From: Trypanosoma brucei | Taxonomy: Eukaryota | Direction: 5' to 3' | DNA length: 64,000 nucleotides | Assembly (NCBI GenBank): GCA_000002445.1 | Contig: AL929603.2 | Span: 480,001 to 544,000 of the forward strand | Shown here: piece by piece, positions 54,501-64,000 of the stretch | Layout: each line of letters opens with the position of its first letter | Numbering within the stretch: the first letter of the stretch is position 1 | The notes under the pieces: model-generated | What the model saw: only the letters and a program-made list of their open reading frames with translations | What the model was told of the DNA's origin: nothing | Database searches by the model: none | Position numbers and translations under genes: made by a program

Positions 54501-55023
54501 CTGTACGCCTTCCTGTGTCCTTGAAATAACTGTTGAGCAGCCCACGTGGATGTGCTTTATGCTCTCTCAGAAGGATAAACGCGGCTCCCCTGAGGCCCGT
54601 GAGTACAACCCCGTCATGATCAGCATCGCGCAACCCATTGGGGGCGGATTGTACAGGGTAGTGCAGAACAGCTCCGCTGACGCCTATCATCCGCTTAGCG
54701 ACAAGTGGACTTTCTACCAGGCTCGTGATATCAGCATCCTATACGAATTGTTGCCAGAATCCTCACCGTACATTGTGATACCCCGCTTAATGTTAGTGGA
54801 ATCGCAGCCTGATGAGGTACCTTACACATTGAGTTTCTCCTGCAAGCGTGCTGTTGGTCACGAAGGCGTGACTGTGCAGCTGAAGACCATCGATAAGGAC
54901 AACAAGGTTCTCTACAACTTCCCCAAGTTTGAGCCCGACCTCAGCTCTACTGATGTGGAGTACCAAGCACGGGTTGCTCACAAGCCGTTTCCTGAGCTGA
55001 AGGTGGACTCCTCCGTGTGCTGA
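51583..55023 (+). CDS. calpain-like cysteine peptidase family protein (kinetoplastid type, predicted catalytically inactive) with N-terminal 34-aa tandem-repeat region
   Basis: 1146-aa ORF. After the repeat region comes a kinetoplastid calpain N-terminal (DUF1935-like) domain, CFDEPNLLYRIYNREEKTWAFYNDTYSYEMHVRFTF...ALGNT. The calpain protease core then follows. The catalytic Cys motif reads QGELGDSWVMCSIAVL (Ser in place of Cys). The His motif GHAYVVLD and the Asn motif LRNAWGRGSEWNG are retained. C-terminal domain-III-like sequence follows. It resembles the chromosome-1 CALP1.x cluster of T. brucei (tentative). Confidence 0.93.
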   Translation: MSEFELMSELSESAAKGALSEQAEDGHRTYSPGPEEEENPDAAGREGAAKDGLDAHAEEASPAPSPAGESDEKASKSEHESEAKEGSDGRAEEASPAPSPAGESDEKASKSEHESEVKEGSDGRAEEASPAPSPAGESDEKASKSEHESEVKEGSDGRAEEASPAPSPAGESDEKASKSEHESEVKEGSDGRAEEASPAPSPAGESDEKASKSEHESEVKEGSDDRAEEASPAPSPAGESDEKASKSEHESEAKEGSDGRAEEASPAPSPAGESDEKASKSERESGTADGSSGRPEEVSHAFSPNRELEDKANKSGGESVTKGSDGRPEDISHPFSPNRELEEKANKSEGESVTKDGSDGHAEETSPVQSPEGEVGERSAGAGSDHEKQKGESCFDDRDTGNDQAVDRNAHDAAPHLDDKHTNGAAADATDAPRHTQEVNDLFKPRMTPYKQPDRWDPIETYLGEDVSDELEITTARKPVFTDEEKADVPTFKNGEPDYEGEYLSCFDEPNLLYRIYNREEKTWAFYNDTYSYEMHVRFTFAKLSKLQALGNTKMYTQETGEHIAEVIVYPRETEMFVKGNANGFTSKLRAVPLTEEYYARRQELANNKIQEEIARVKSIVGDVTDSEQVLKACVENGIPFVDLEFPPCQDSLATGAKKPFKRLPWVRPSQCLPDYMADQVRLFRGPIRPGQVDQGELGDSWVMCSIAVLTERPDKVVNMFRHPTDPELGKKERSVGGYRVSLNKNGQWRSVIVDDYLPMSGGRLKYAKSRYDLAEIWPCILEKAFAKLHNSYANICSGDPLHALQDMTGFPTSRFDDAFANAPLSGKDDLFQDWVRYVKAQYQIILSTPGKNPRDKASGECHTARRYTSVGLLTGHAYVVLDAAFFPEYELRLVKLRNAWGRGSEWNGDWSDGDEKWERYPDVAVKCGYSNGESDGTFWMAWDACLRYFNGGGVCFTRNSINDYRVPSTFVNCTPSCVLEITVEQPTWMCFMLSQKDKRGSPEAREYNPVMISIAQPIGGGLYRVVQNSSADAYHPLSDKWTFYQARDISILYELLPESSPYIVIPRLMLVESQPDEVPYTLSFSCKRAVGHEGVTVQLKTIDKDNKVLYNFPKFEPDLSSTDVEYQARVAHKPFPELKVDSSVC
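51751..52464 (+). repeat. 7 near-identical tandem copies of a 102-bp unit (34-aa repeat AEEASPAPSPAGESDEKASKSEHESE[V/A]KEGSDGR) in the N-terminus of the first calpain-like CDS; about 2.5 further degenerate units run to roughly 52720
   Basis: The exact period is visible in the sequence: gctgaagaggcctccccagcgccatcacctgcaggtgaatcggatgaaaaggccagcaaatctgagcatgaaagtgaagtgaaggaagggtcggatggccgt recurs at 51751, 51853, 51955, 52057, 52159, 52261 and 52363 with only a few substitutions. All three frames on both strands are open across it, which produces the artefactual ORFs 51614..51934 +, 51638..52492 - and 51747..52547 -. Confidence 0.95.
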
Positions 55024-56255
55024 GGTTGCCTTCTTTTGCTTACCGCTACTGTCAGATTCCCACCCATTTTTTTTAATCCCACCCGTTATTGTTTCATCAA
55101 CTGTTTTTTTTTGTTTGTTTTCCTTCATACGAAGGCATCATCAAGGTGTGCCTCATTTTATGTACAGATATATTCGTAGGATGATGTATATATTATACTT
55201 AACTGACGTACACCGTGACGAATCGTAGCGGTCGTTTACACAAAAGAGAAGGAGCAGGGGATAGTGATGTTGACACCACACGTCTCACTGTGTGCATTCA
55301 CCTTCACTTGATATACGCGTGTGAGGGAAGATTGGAGCGAATATGTCGTAAATGGAGAAAAGGAATAAGAGTTTGAGGTGGAGAGGAGGCGAGCAAGCGA
55401 AAAAATATATATATAAGCATATGTTAAAAGAAAGAAGGAAAACGGGAACGGGGGAAATGGGGAAGTTGGTGTAGCAGCAATAGATAACCTAATATATAAT
55501 CGTTGTTTTGTCAATATTATGTGTATACACTACACATAAGTGGGAGACGGTATGAAAACGAGCGTGAGGAAGGGGATATTGAGAAAAAAAAAAGCACACA
55601 TCGTTGTGTTTGTATCCATGCGCTTTGCGCGTGCGGGCCCCGCACGCACAGTTACGCCGTAACAAAATCTTCCCTACCCTGCGCCCATATATGTGAGCGG
55701 TGGGGAAGGCGTTGCCCTCCCACATCAGTGTACCCTTTCGTATTCCTTGATTTTAATAAATTATACCTTTTTGTTTTTTTACCACCCCCAATTCTCTCGC
55801 ACCCTTCGCCAACTCTGAAAGCAGTTCATTGTGTTATTCTCCCCCCCCCCTCGCGCCTGCTTAGGAAGTGGAGGGGGTTGCTTTCTCACCACTTGCGCTC
55901 ACACATGTGTGTGTCTGTGTGTGCTGAAATTAAATAACTTTCTTTATTTCCTTTTTTGTTTAACTTATCGTCACAAAATACGCTGTCACACAGCTTGACG
56001 CCACAATTGCCCACGAAAAAAAAAAAGAGGAAGAAGGTAGTTTTGATAAGAGGGACGAACAGGTCAAAAGAGCGAGTGTTAGAAGAACAAGAGAGCGCTG
56101 CATCGTCTTGACGGGTGTGTATTTTTGGGAACCCCAGGAAGCACGGCTCGACGCGGTCGGGAGAGGGCTTGAGTGGGAAGTGGGAGTCAAAAAACAAAAA
56201 AAAAAGAGAATAGTGTCCATCTCCTAACCCTCGTAACGAGCCTTCACAGCTGTTA

Positions 56256-58325
56256 TTGAAGGGAGATCTGCAAATAATGAGCTCGCGTAACGGCAGCCTC
56301 GCTGGATGCTACGTGGATGAATTCGATGAAGCCGCCACTACCAAACCTGAAACGAGCAGCATTTACCGCTACGGCCGACCCGTATACGAGGGGACGCCAA
56401 CTGCATGCTTCGAGGGCGGGTTGTTGTTTCGGATTGTGGAAGAAGGTAAGAACAACCGCTGGTCTTTTTACAATGACACGCCAAGCAACCAGATGCGCGT
56501 GGAGGTTATTTTTGGAGCAAATTCTGCTATTAAGGCCCTTGGCAACACAAGCCTAATAAAACTACCCGATGGTTCCTACAAGGGTACCGTAACGGTGTAC
56601 CCATTAGAGACAGAGGTGTTCGTTGAAGGTAAGTGTGACACTTACGAGAGCAACATCGTTGCGGAGGAGCTTTCAACGGAGTACTTGCAAGATGTAGCGG
56701 TACAGAATGCGAAGGTAATCGAAAAGGAAACGCAAGAAGTGAGCAAGTTGGGAGGGGAGAATTCCTCACCAGACGACACGCTAGCAGCGTGCATTGCAAA
56801 GAAGACAAAGTTTGTTGACTTAATTTTTCCACCCGGGCAGGAGTCCCTGCAAATCGGTACTCCGCACAAGCTGAAAGTGATACCGTGGGAACGACCAAGC
56901 ATGTACCTTTCCGATGAAAATGCCCTGCACGCGCGCTTATTTCGTAACAATATCCACCCGGGAAACATCGATGAAGGTGAGCTGGGAGATTCGTGGTTTA
57001 CGGGGGCTTTGGCTTGCATGGCCGAGTTCCCGGACCGGGTGCGCGATATGTTTCGTCACCCACGGAGCATCGAGGAGGGAAAGAATGAACGCGAAATAGG
57101 TGCGTACCGCGTCACCTTCAATAAGGATGGATGGTGGACCAACGTGATTATTGACGATTACTTACCATGCTCCGGTGGACATCCCATGTTCGCCCGGTCG
57201 TACGGGGATCCGATGGAGTTATGGGTCTCATTGGCACAAAAGGCCTACGCCAAGCTGCATGGTGGTTACGGTTTCCTCGTCGTAGGCGACCCACTCCGCG
57301 CGCTTCAGGACCTTACTGGCTTCCCCTGCTCGTCCTTTAACACCGCCTTTGAGAATGCCAAAATGAACGGAGGGGAGGAACTGTTTGTCCATTTATTGCA
57401 ATACGGACAGACGAGCTATCAGACAATACTGACCGTCCCCACAAGGGGAGCCTTGAAGCTGCAAGGAGCGAGTGTCGAGGCATATGAGGCCACTGGGCTT
57501 TTACCGGGGCATGTATACACAGTGTTAAGTGTAATGCCCTTTCCGGAATACAACCTTCGCCTGTTGCTGCTGCGCAATTCGTGGGCCAATCATTCGAAAC
57601 ACCGATGGAATGGGGCATGGAAAAGGGGTAGTGAGAAGTGGAAACAGTACCCAGGCGTGGCGGCAGCTTGTGCTGGGGCATGTGATGCAGATGGTGTTCT
57701 CTGCGTTGAGTGGTCAGAGGCTCTTGCTCTTTTTGCCGGGTGTGGTGTTTGCTTCGTACAAGACACCCCGTATGACTACCGTATTCGTGGGTGCTTCCAG
57801 AAAGCTATACCGAGTGTTTGCCTTGAGATCAGTGTCTCTGTACCCATTGTGCTGTGCCTTTCGCTAACCCAGGAGGGCTGCCATGGCACAGACAAGGCGG
57901 ATTACTCACCCATCATGCTCAGTGTTGCTCATGGTTCTGGCTGTAACCAAATTATGACTGTTGAAGCGAACAGTGGCTTCGACGCGGACCATCCCAATCC
58001 GGGTTTCACCTTCTTTGAAACACGTGAGGCGAACATGTTCTTTCATATGATACCGGAGAAGTCCCCTTACCTCATCATACCACGAACCATGACACCTTAC
58101 AAGGAATTGTCTTATGTGCTTAGTATTCACAGCCCAGTGGAGATCGGCACACCGGAAAGTGCCGTATTTGTCGCATTTCGGACACTGGCACCCGAATGTG
58201 GTGTCTTCGCCAACTGTAGGAACTTCCAAGTGCAAGGAAGCACCTGCCAGGCGGAGTTCCAGGCTCGCGGAACAGAACAGTTTTTCCCTGATATCTATCT
58301 TGGTAACTCTATTGAGCTGTCCTAA
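56256..58325 (+). CDS. calpain-like cysteine peptidase family protein (kinetoplastid type, predicted catalytically inactive)
   Basis: 689-aa ORF; the true start may be the MSSRNG Met 7 codons in. DUF1935-like N-terminal block: ACFEGGLLFRIVEEGKNNRWSFYNDTPSNQMRVEVIFG...ALGNT. Cys motif EGELGDSWFTGALACMA (Ser in place of Cys). His motif GHVYTVLS. Asn motif LRNSWANHSKHRWNG. It is collinear with the flanking paralogues. Confidence 0.93.
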   Translation: MKGDLQIMSSRNGSLAGCYVDEFDEAATTKPETSSIYRYGRPVYEGTPTACFEGGLLFRIVEEGKNNRWSFYNDTPSNQMRVEVIFGANSAIKALGNTSLIKLPDGSYKGTVTVYPLETEVFVEGKCDTYESNIVAEELSTEYLQDVAVQNAKVIEKETQEVSKLGGENSSPDDTLAACIAKKTKFVDLIFPPGQESLQIGTPHKLKVIPWERPSMYLSDENALHARLFRNNIHPGNIDEGELGDSWFTGALACMAEFPDRVRDMFRHPRSIEEGKNEREIGAYRVTFNKDGWWTNVIIDDYLPCSGGHPMFARSYGDPMELWVSLAQKAYAKLHGGYGFLVVGDPLRALQDLTGFPCSSFNTAFENAKMNGGEELFVHLLQYGQTSYQTILTVPTRGALKLQGASVEAYEATGLLPGHVYTVLSVMPFPEYNLRLLLLRNSWANHSKHRWNGAWKRGSEKWKQYPGVAAACAGACDADGVLCVEWSEALALFAGCGVCFVQDTPYDYRIRGCFQKAIPSVCLEISVSVPIVLCLSLTQEGCHGTDKADYSPIMLSVAHGSGCNQIMTVEANSGFDADHPNPGFTFFETREANMFFHMIPEKSPYLIIPRTMTPYKELSYVLSIHSPVEIGTPESAVFVAFRTLAPECGVFANCRNFQVQGSTCQAEFQARGTEQFFPDIYLGNSIELS

Positions 58326-60060
58326 ACAAAAGTGCGTGTTTGCTTATTATTTTATTTTTGTTTGTTTGTTAGGAGGGGTGGACAAAAGGGGATGAAAAAG
58401 AAGAGGGGGAAAAAATAACGAACAATTCGACGGAGACAATGCAGGGAGGAGGGGAGAGGGGGAGAAAAAAAAAAGAGCTTTGCAAAGGTAATGAGAGGCG
58501 CACGTGGATTTGCTTCTCTTTGTTTTTTTTTTTTGGTTTCTGCCGCGCAGGGCAAGAGGGTTTGTGGTGATGTTGCGTCGAGAACGTTAACGACGGAACG
58601 AGCGATGTTTCCCGCATATCCCTCACCATCGTTATGATCATTGTTTGTATGTATGTATTAATTTTATGTATTGTATTCCTTTAGCTATTTGTTTACTTTC
58701 TCTGGGTAGTGGTTTTGTAAGGCATGGGGTTGATGAAGGTTTCCCAAGAAGAAGAAGAGAATGGATGAGTGAGTGAGTGAGTGAGTCTGTGGAATTTTTT
58801 TTTTTTTTGAAAAGAAAAAGAAGAAATGAAAAGAGGAGTATTTGATGAAGATGGAATACCATCCGGTGTTATCCACAAAACATAGGAAAAATACAAGGGA
58901 GAGTGTGAAGTTGGTGTATATTCGTGCATGTATATGTGTTCGCGTCTGGTGTTTGTTCATCCACTTAGTTGAGAGATGGTCCATTCCCTACACGTGCACA
59001 CATATAAACCTTTTGGATGTAACCAACCTTTCTCCTCTCCCCTGTATTTATCTTCAAGAGACAAAACACACACACACACACTAAAGAAATAACTACCGAC
59101 CTTAACGTTTTATTTTTGATATTTATTGCATTATATATTATTATTATTATTACTACTGTTATTTTATTTTTTATTTTTTTTGCCCTGTATTCACCGTTTA
59201 ATTTTTATTCATTTCTTCCCTGCTTTTCACCCACATTTGTATGAAATGGACAATTTTGACAGCAGAAAGGGGGCTTGTGAAGAAGAGAGAGATTGAATTC
59301 GTCTCCTGTCTGTGTGTATGGAGCTGAAGAAGAAAAAATAAACAAGAGGAACCAATAGCAAAACGGTGGGTTTACATATTAGGTTTTATGTGGTGAGAAG
59401 AGGGGGAAAAGGATTGTGAGCGGGTGCCTAAAGTGTAATACACCACTCATTTCATTTATTACGCTTTCGATCACGGGTGCTTAACAGCGGTTTTTGGTTA
59501 GAGGAATTTTACTGCTTCCCATTGATGTGTGTGGCGTAAAAGTTATATGTTCTCCATCTCGTACGCGTGAATGTGTGCATTTGTGTGAGTGGAAGGAAAG
59601 GAAGAGTTTATACTACGTAGCAGTGTTCATGAGAAGGGCTCGTTCTTGTTTATTTATTTTATTATTTCATTGCATTTATTGGCCGTGTATCGTAAACTCT
59701 GCAAGGCAGTTGACACACTCCCCGGTTATTATTACTATTACCATTATTATTATTATTATCATCATCATTATCACTAATTAATTTCCCTTCCATCCCCTTC
59801 CTTTCTTTTACGTGTTTGTCTGGCGAATAGACAATAAGACGGTACTGTGACGCGTATTAGTTAACTCCTATTTCTTATTTTTCTACATCCCTTTCATTTG
59901 TATGCATGGGCGACCCCACAACTCCTAGCAGTGCAGCCGGTGTGCTCTTTCGTTCATTGTTTTTTTATCCCTGTTACGTGGCTTCCATAATGTCCTTCTT
60001 TATTGTCCTTCATATTTTGTTCGTCAATTCTGTTTATTTGTTTCATTTTCTTGACCACGT

Positions 60061-60076
60061 TCATATATATATATAT
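60061..60076. repeat. (TA)n microsatellite
   Basis: atatatatatatatat in the spacer between the second and third calpain-like genes. Confidence 0.85.
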
Positions 60077-60717
60077 ATTTATTTATATTTATTTGTGGGT
60101 AGTGCTGAAATCGCAATCCTGTCCTCTCTTTTCACTTTTACAACTGGGTTCAACCAATAGGGGATTTAATGCTCATGTGAAGAGGATGTGTGGTGCCCCT
60201 TGGCCGACATCCTCAACTTTTTTCCGTCCATTTTTTTTTTCTTCACCCACGTGTTTTACGCATTCGGGCTGTATACGCGTATTACACTCATTTGTTGCTT
60301 TTTTTTAAAAAAAACTGACTTGAGTTGCTTCTTATTATTATCTCTTTCTTTCTTTTTCTTTTTCTTTTTATTTTCATCACTTTTCGCTCGCTTATCGATA
60401 CTAAACCTTCTGCTAGAGCACTTCAAACTCTTATCGGAGATCCGACAAGTGGAAGCGATTGGAGAAAGTCAGCACCGTGAAGTATACTGTGTACACCTTT
60501 CTCCACAAAAATTTTCCCGCATCTGCTCCTGCAGTTGCTGCCGTGACAGGAAATAACTGAATCAAGTAGTAAACTCGCATTCCGTGTGTGTGTGCTGAAG
60601 AGGCGTAAGTGAATAGCGGCAGGTTTGGCGTGCACTTTCAAAAAGAATAGAAACTCTTACCTTATACTTTTTTTTGTGTCGGTGGACAAACTATTGGTGA
60701 ATAGAAGAATTATATAA

Positions 60718-62916
60718 ATGGGGTGTGGTGCGTCTTCTACTCAGTCAGAAGATGGCATGCACGAACCCATACCCCCTATGGAAATGGTGCGCAAGCAAAT
60801 TGCAGCCGCTCAACCAGAGCAAAACGGAGTTAAGGAGGGTCAATCGAGTAAAAAGAAAAGAAGTGGTGATGATCCCCCTGACGAGTTTGAGGAACTGACA
60901 GTAACCGCACTTCCACAGCGGTGGCAACGGGACTCGACCTACAAGTGCGGGTATCCCATGATCACGGGCGACGAAGTGAAACCATGCTTTGAAAAGGGTT
61001 TATTATACCGTATTGTGAAGGGTGACACATGGGCATTCTACAATGATACGCGCACGTACGAGATGTGTGTTTCCTTCACCTTCGGAAGGGATTCGACGGT
61101 GCGTGGTATGGGCAACACTGTCATCACCAACCTGGAAGGCGGGGAAATCCTTGCAGAGGCCTCAATATACCCCTGTGAGACGGCCATATTTGTGAGAGGG
61201 AGATTCAGCGGATTCCGGAGTAAGATAAAGGCACAGCCTCTCTCTGACGAGATTCTGAAGGCAAAGGTTAAACAATACGACAAGTACATACAAGAAGATT
61301 TGGCGAGGGTTAATGCTATGATCAATGAGAATGATACCGATGACGCTATTCTTGCGAAGTGTGTTGAAGGACCCACACCTTTCATTGACATTAGGTTTCC
61401 CCCCAACCAAACTTCCATTGAGCGCGGTGCCGTGTTGCCCATCATGACGATTCCATGGGCTCGTCCCGACATGTACCTCCCTTTAGGTTTTCCTCCCCAA
61501 GTCCGCCTATTCCGCAGTGCAATCAGTACTGTGAACATTGAACAGGGAGATCTTGGGGACTACTGGATTATGTGCGCAATCGCCTCCCTTGAGGATGATA
61601 CGGAACGGTTGCGTGGGATGTTCAGACATCCTGTCTCATGTGAAAAAACGGCTAAAGAGCGCGCGGTAGGGGCTTATCGCGTCACGCTTAACAAAAGTGG
61701 ATGGTGGCATTCCGTAATTGTGGACGATTATCTTCCCGTAGTTGGAAACAGACCGAAGTTTGCGCAGTCCCTGAGTGACCCGTGTGAGGTGTGGGTTTCT
61801 ATTCTTCAAAAGGCCTACGCAAAGGTGCATGGAAGCTACGTGAATATTGTTGCAGGTGATCCACTACACGCGTTGCAGGATTTCACAGGCTACATATCGT
61901 CGAGGTATGACTACATACTTGATCCGGAACCGGGCCTCGAAGAGAATGAAATATTAGAGCGGTTAGAGAAGTATGACCAGCAAGGTTTCAAAATTATCCT
62001 TAGTACCCACAATGCAAAGACAGATAACCCAAATGTGGATGAAACATACAGGGAGGTGGGCCTGCTGGCAGGTCACGCATACCCGGTAAAAGCCGTTCGT
62101 TACTTCGCTAGTGAAAATATTGCCCTGCTGCAGATACGCAATCCGTGGTGTCGCGAAACCGAGTGGAAGGGTGAGTGGGCCAATGGCAACGCGGAGTGGA
62201 AGTCCCACCCAGAAATAGCAAAAGCCTGTGAAATAAATGCGCAGGACGGTAGTTCCTTTTGGATGTCCTGGGGGGATGTACAGAAGTACTTCAATGGATG
62301 TGGTGTTCTTTTCCGCTACCCGAGGAGCGTTGACTATCGTGTTCGTGGTGTCTTCCGAGGCGACATTCCCAGTGTGTCCATCCTCATCAGCGTAAACAAA
62401 ACAATATCATTAGTCTGCTCTCTCACTCAAGAGGACCGCCGAGGAACGAAGATGGCGGACGATTATCCCCCAATTATGTTAAGTTTGTGTGGTGGTGATC
62501 GCCTCTCCGACGATATGGAGGTGGAAAAGAGCACCACTACGGAAGCGGACTACCCCGGCGAAGACTTAACTTTCGTCCACAGCCGTGATGTTGGTATGAT
62601 GTGCACGCTTACGCCCTTCAAGTCACCGTATTTATTGGTGCCACGCATCATTACAGGACGTGATGAGGAGCACCCGTATGTTATCGGACTGTTGTCTGAA
62701 GCGGAATTTGGTGCAGACCTGAAAGCAGAGTTCTTCAGCGTCCCAGCGAACTGCGAGGTCTTCCGGAACGCCAAGTCGTTTGCCTTCCAAGGAGATGTGG
62801 TGGAGGCGAAATTCCAAGTGCGCACGCCGGATTGTCGTTTTCCCACGGAGTATAACAGCACTGTGATAGTAAAGGCCAAGAAGGGCGACTGGTATGTGGA
62901 AAATAAAAAAAAGTAA
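60718..62916 (+). CDS. calpain-like cysteine peptidase family protein (kinetoplastid type, predicted catalytically inactive) with N-terminal dual-acylation motif
   Basis: 732-aa ORF beginning MGCGASS. Gly2 is a candidate N-myristoylation site and Cys3 a palmitoylation site, as in the cytoskeleton-associated calpain-like protein CAP5.5. DUF1935-like block: KPCFEKGLLYRIVKGDTWAFYNDTRTYEMCVSFTFG...GMGNT. Cys motif QGDLGDYWIMCAIASL (Tyr in place of Cys). His motif GHAYPVKA. Asn motif IRNPWCRETEWKG. Confidence 0.93.
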   Translation: MGCGASSTQSEDGMHEPIPPMEMVRKQIAAAQPEQNGVKEGQSSKKKRSGDDPPDEFEELTVTALPQRWQRDSTYKCGYPMITGDEVKPCFEKGLLYRIVKGDTWAFYNDTRTYEMCVSFTFGRDSTVRGMGNTVITNLEGGEILAEASIYPCETAIFVRGRFSGFRSKIKAQPLSDEILKAKVKQYDKYIQEDLARVNAMINENDTDDAILAKCVEGPTPFIDIRFPPNQTSIERGAVLPIMTIPWARPDMYLPLGFPPQVRLFRSAISTVNIEQGDLGDYWIMCAIASLEDDTERLRGMFRHPVSCEKTAKERAVGAYRVTLNKSGWWHSVIVDDYLPVVGNRPKFAQSLSDPCEVWVSILQKAYAKVHGSYVNIVAGDPLHALQDFTGYISSRYDYILDPEPGLEENEILERLEKYDQQGFKIILSTHNAKTDNPNVDETYREVGLLAGHAYPVKAVRYFASENIALLQIRNPWCRETEWKGEWANGNAEWKSHPEIAKACEINAQDGSSFWMSWGDVQKYFNGCGVLFRYPRSVDYRVRGVFRGDIPSVSILISVNKTISLVCSLTQEDRRGTKMADDYPPIMLSLCGGDRLSDDMEVEKSTTTEADYPGEDLTFVHSRDVGMMCTLTPFKSPYLLVPRIITGRDEEHPYVIGLLSEAEFGADLKAEFFSVPANCEVFRNAKSFAFQGDVVEAKFQVRTPDCRFPTEYNSTVIVKAKKGDWYVENKKK

Positions 62917-64000
62917 TAGCAGTATCGATACATGGGAGCAATATCTGACTGACCTGTGGGATTACCGAGAAAAAAAAAAGCGGGAGGGGGGAGGGAGGAG
63001 GCTCCTCTTCACTTCTCAATCCTCCAGGAAGGGCGAGTCGGAAAGTGATGCAACGACATGAAGCAAAAAAAGAAAGAAAGAGGGAGAGAGAGAGAGAGGG
63101 AGAGAAACCCCAAATGGTGGCCGAAATGCACTTAGATGTGTGCTTTTGTGCCCCCGGTTGGTGCCTCAAAAGGGGTCAGTAATGGTGATGGGGAATTTCA
63201 AGAGTTTTTACTGCACATCCGCATGCTTGAGGGGCATTTGTACAAGCGGGCCCCCGCCATATGTGCGAGCCCATGCGGTTCCTACTGGGCTGAATCTTCC
63301 AAATGACATGTAGAAATCATAATGTAGAAAAAGGAAAACAAAAAAAGAGAGAAGAATGTTACTAAATTTAACGAATGAAAGAGGGAAGAGGTGGGTGAGT
63401 CGCCATATAAGAGGAAAAATGAGGGATCCACGATATCCGTATGCGAGTAAAAGGTGAAGAAGAAAGAAAAAAAGATATATATATATAGAGAGAGAGAAAG
63501 AGAAAGAGAAAGACGAACGAAGAGGGTCTGATAAGTATAATGTAGATGATAGAATTAGAAGAAGGAAGGAAAAGAAAAGAAAAAGAAATAAGAAAACTTA
63601 GCCGGGGTGTGAGTAGCGGATGTCTTGTGTGCTCGTGTTGGTGCATACGCTTGCAGTGCGGGCTCTAACGTTATTTGTTTCCCTTTGTGTTAGTTGATTT
63701 TGAGCGCACAATATATACGATATAGGTATGAACGTTTGTTTGTTTGTTATGTTTTGTTTCGTTTCGTTCCTCTTCTCCAGTGGATTGAGCAAGAGGACCA
63801 ATTGAGGTTGAGGAAGAAGATGTCAAGGAAACGTGTATATGTTGATTTATTTACATAATATAACCAGGTGAAAGGAGCTAAAGTGGTGTAGTTGCGTTAT
63901 TATTGTTGTTGTTACCATCATTATTATTACTATTACTTCCTTCTTCTTACATCCGTATTTCCCTCGGTTGCCGTGTTCTTTTTCTCTCTCCTCATTCCGT

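Noticed and set aside
1-64000. CRISPR arrays, prokaryotic operon structure, restriction-modification or other defence-island content
   Set aside because: The sequence is eukaryotic (kinetoplastid-style polycistrons, eukaryote-specific proteins such as TOR, zuotin, YIF1, PRP38). No short regularly spaced direct repeats with unique spacers are present. The only tandem array is the 102-bp in-frame coding repeat.

Overview
This window looks like a trypanosomatid nuclear chromosome segment. By gene content and style it is most consistent with an African trypanosome of the Trypanosoma brucei group. I did not verify that by any search; the judgement rests on long intron-less ORFs in same-strand runs, polypyrimidine tracts ahead of start codons, abundant (TA)n/(GT)n/(GA)n microsatellites in the intergenic DNA, a TOR-family giant kinase, and a tandem array of kinetoplastid-type calpain-like genes.

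Architecture, left to right:
- (i) 1-38.4 kb is a plus-strand polycistronic run. It holds a WD40+RING protein, an RFC-like AAA+ ATPase with a 37-Ser homopolymer, a MORN-repeat protein, a hypothetical, a 2903-aa TOR-family PIKK (probably TOR4/TOR-like 2), a zuotin/DnaJC2-type J-protein with two SANT domains, a YIF1-like membrane protein and a PRP38-like splicing factor.
- (ii) About 38.4-40.1 kb looks like a convergent strand-switch region.
- (iii) 40.1-45.7 kb is a short minus-strand unit carrying a single Cys-rich, N-glycosylation-rich surface glycoprotein gene with a signal peptide and a GPI-type tail (VSG-like). It is bracketed by an imperfect ~150-bp direct repeat.
- (iv) About 45.7-46.6 kb is a GC-rich island with GT-rich flanks, suggesting a divergent transcription start region.
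- (v) After roughly 5 kb of T-rich ORF-free DNA come three tandem calpain-like paralogues. All three have the catalytic Cys replaced (Ser, Ser, Tyr) while the His and Asn motifs are kept. The first carries a 7x near-perfect 102-bp (34-aa) N-terminal repeat array; the third begins MGCGAS, a dual-acylation motif.

I found no convincing tRNA, rRNA, CRISPR or transposon. Many short antisense and low-complexity ORFs in the supplied track are rejected as artefacts.
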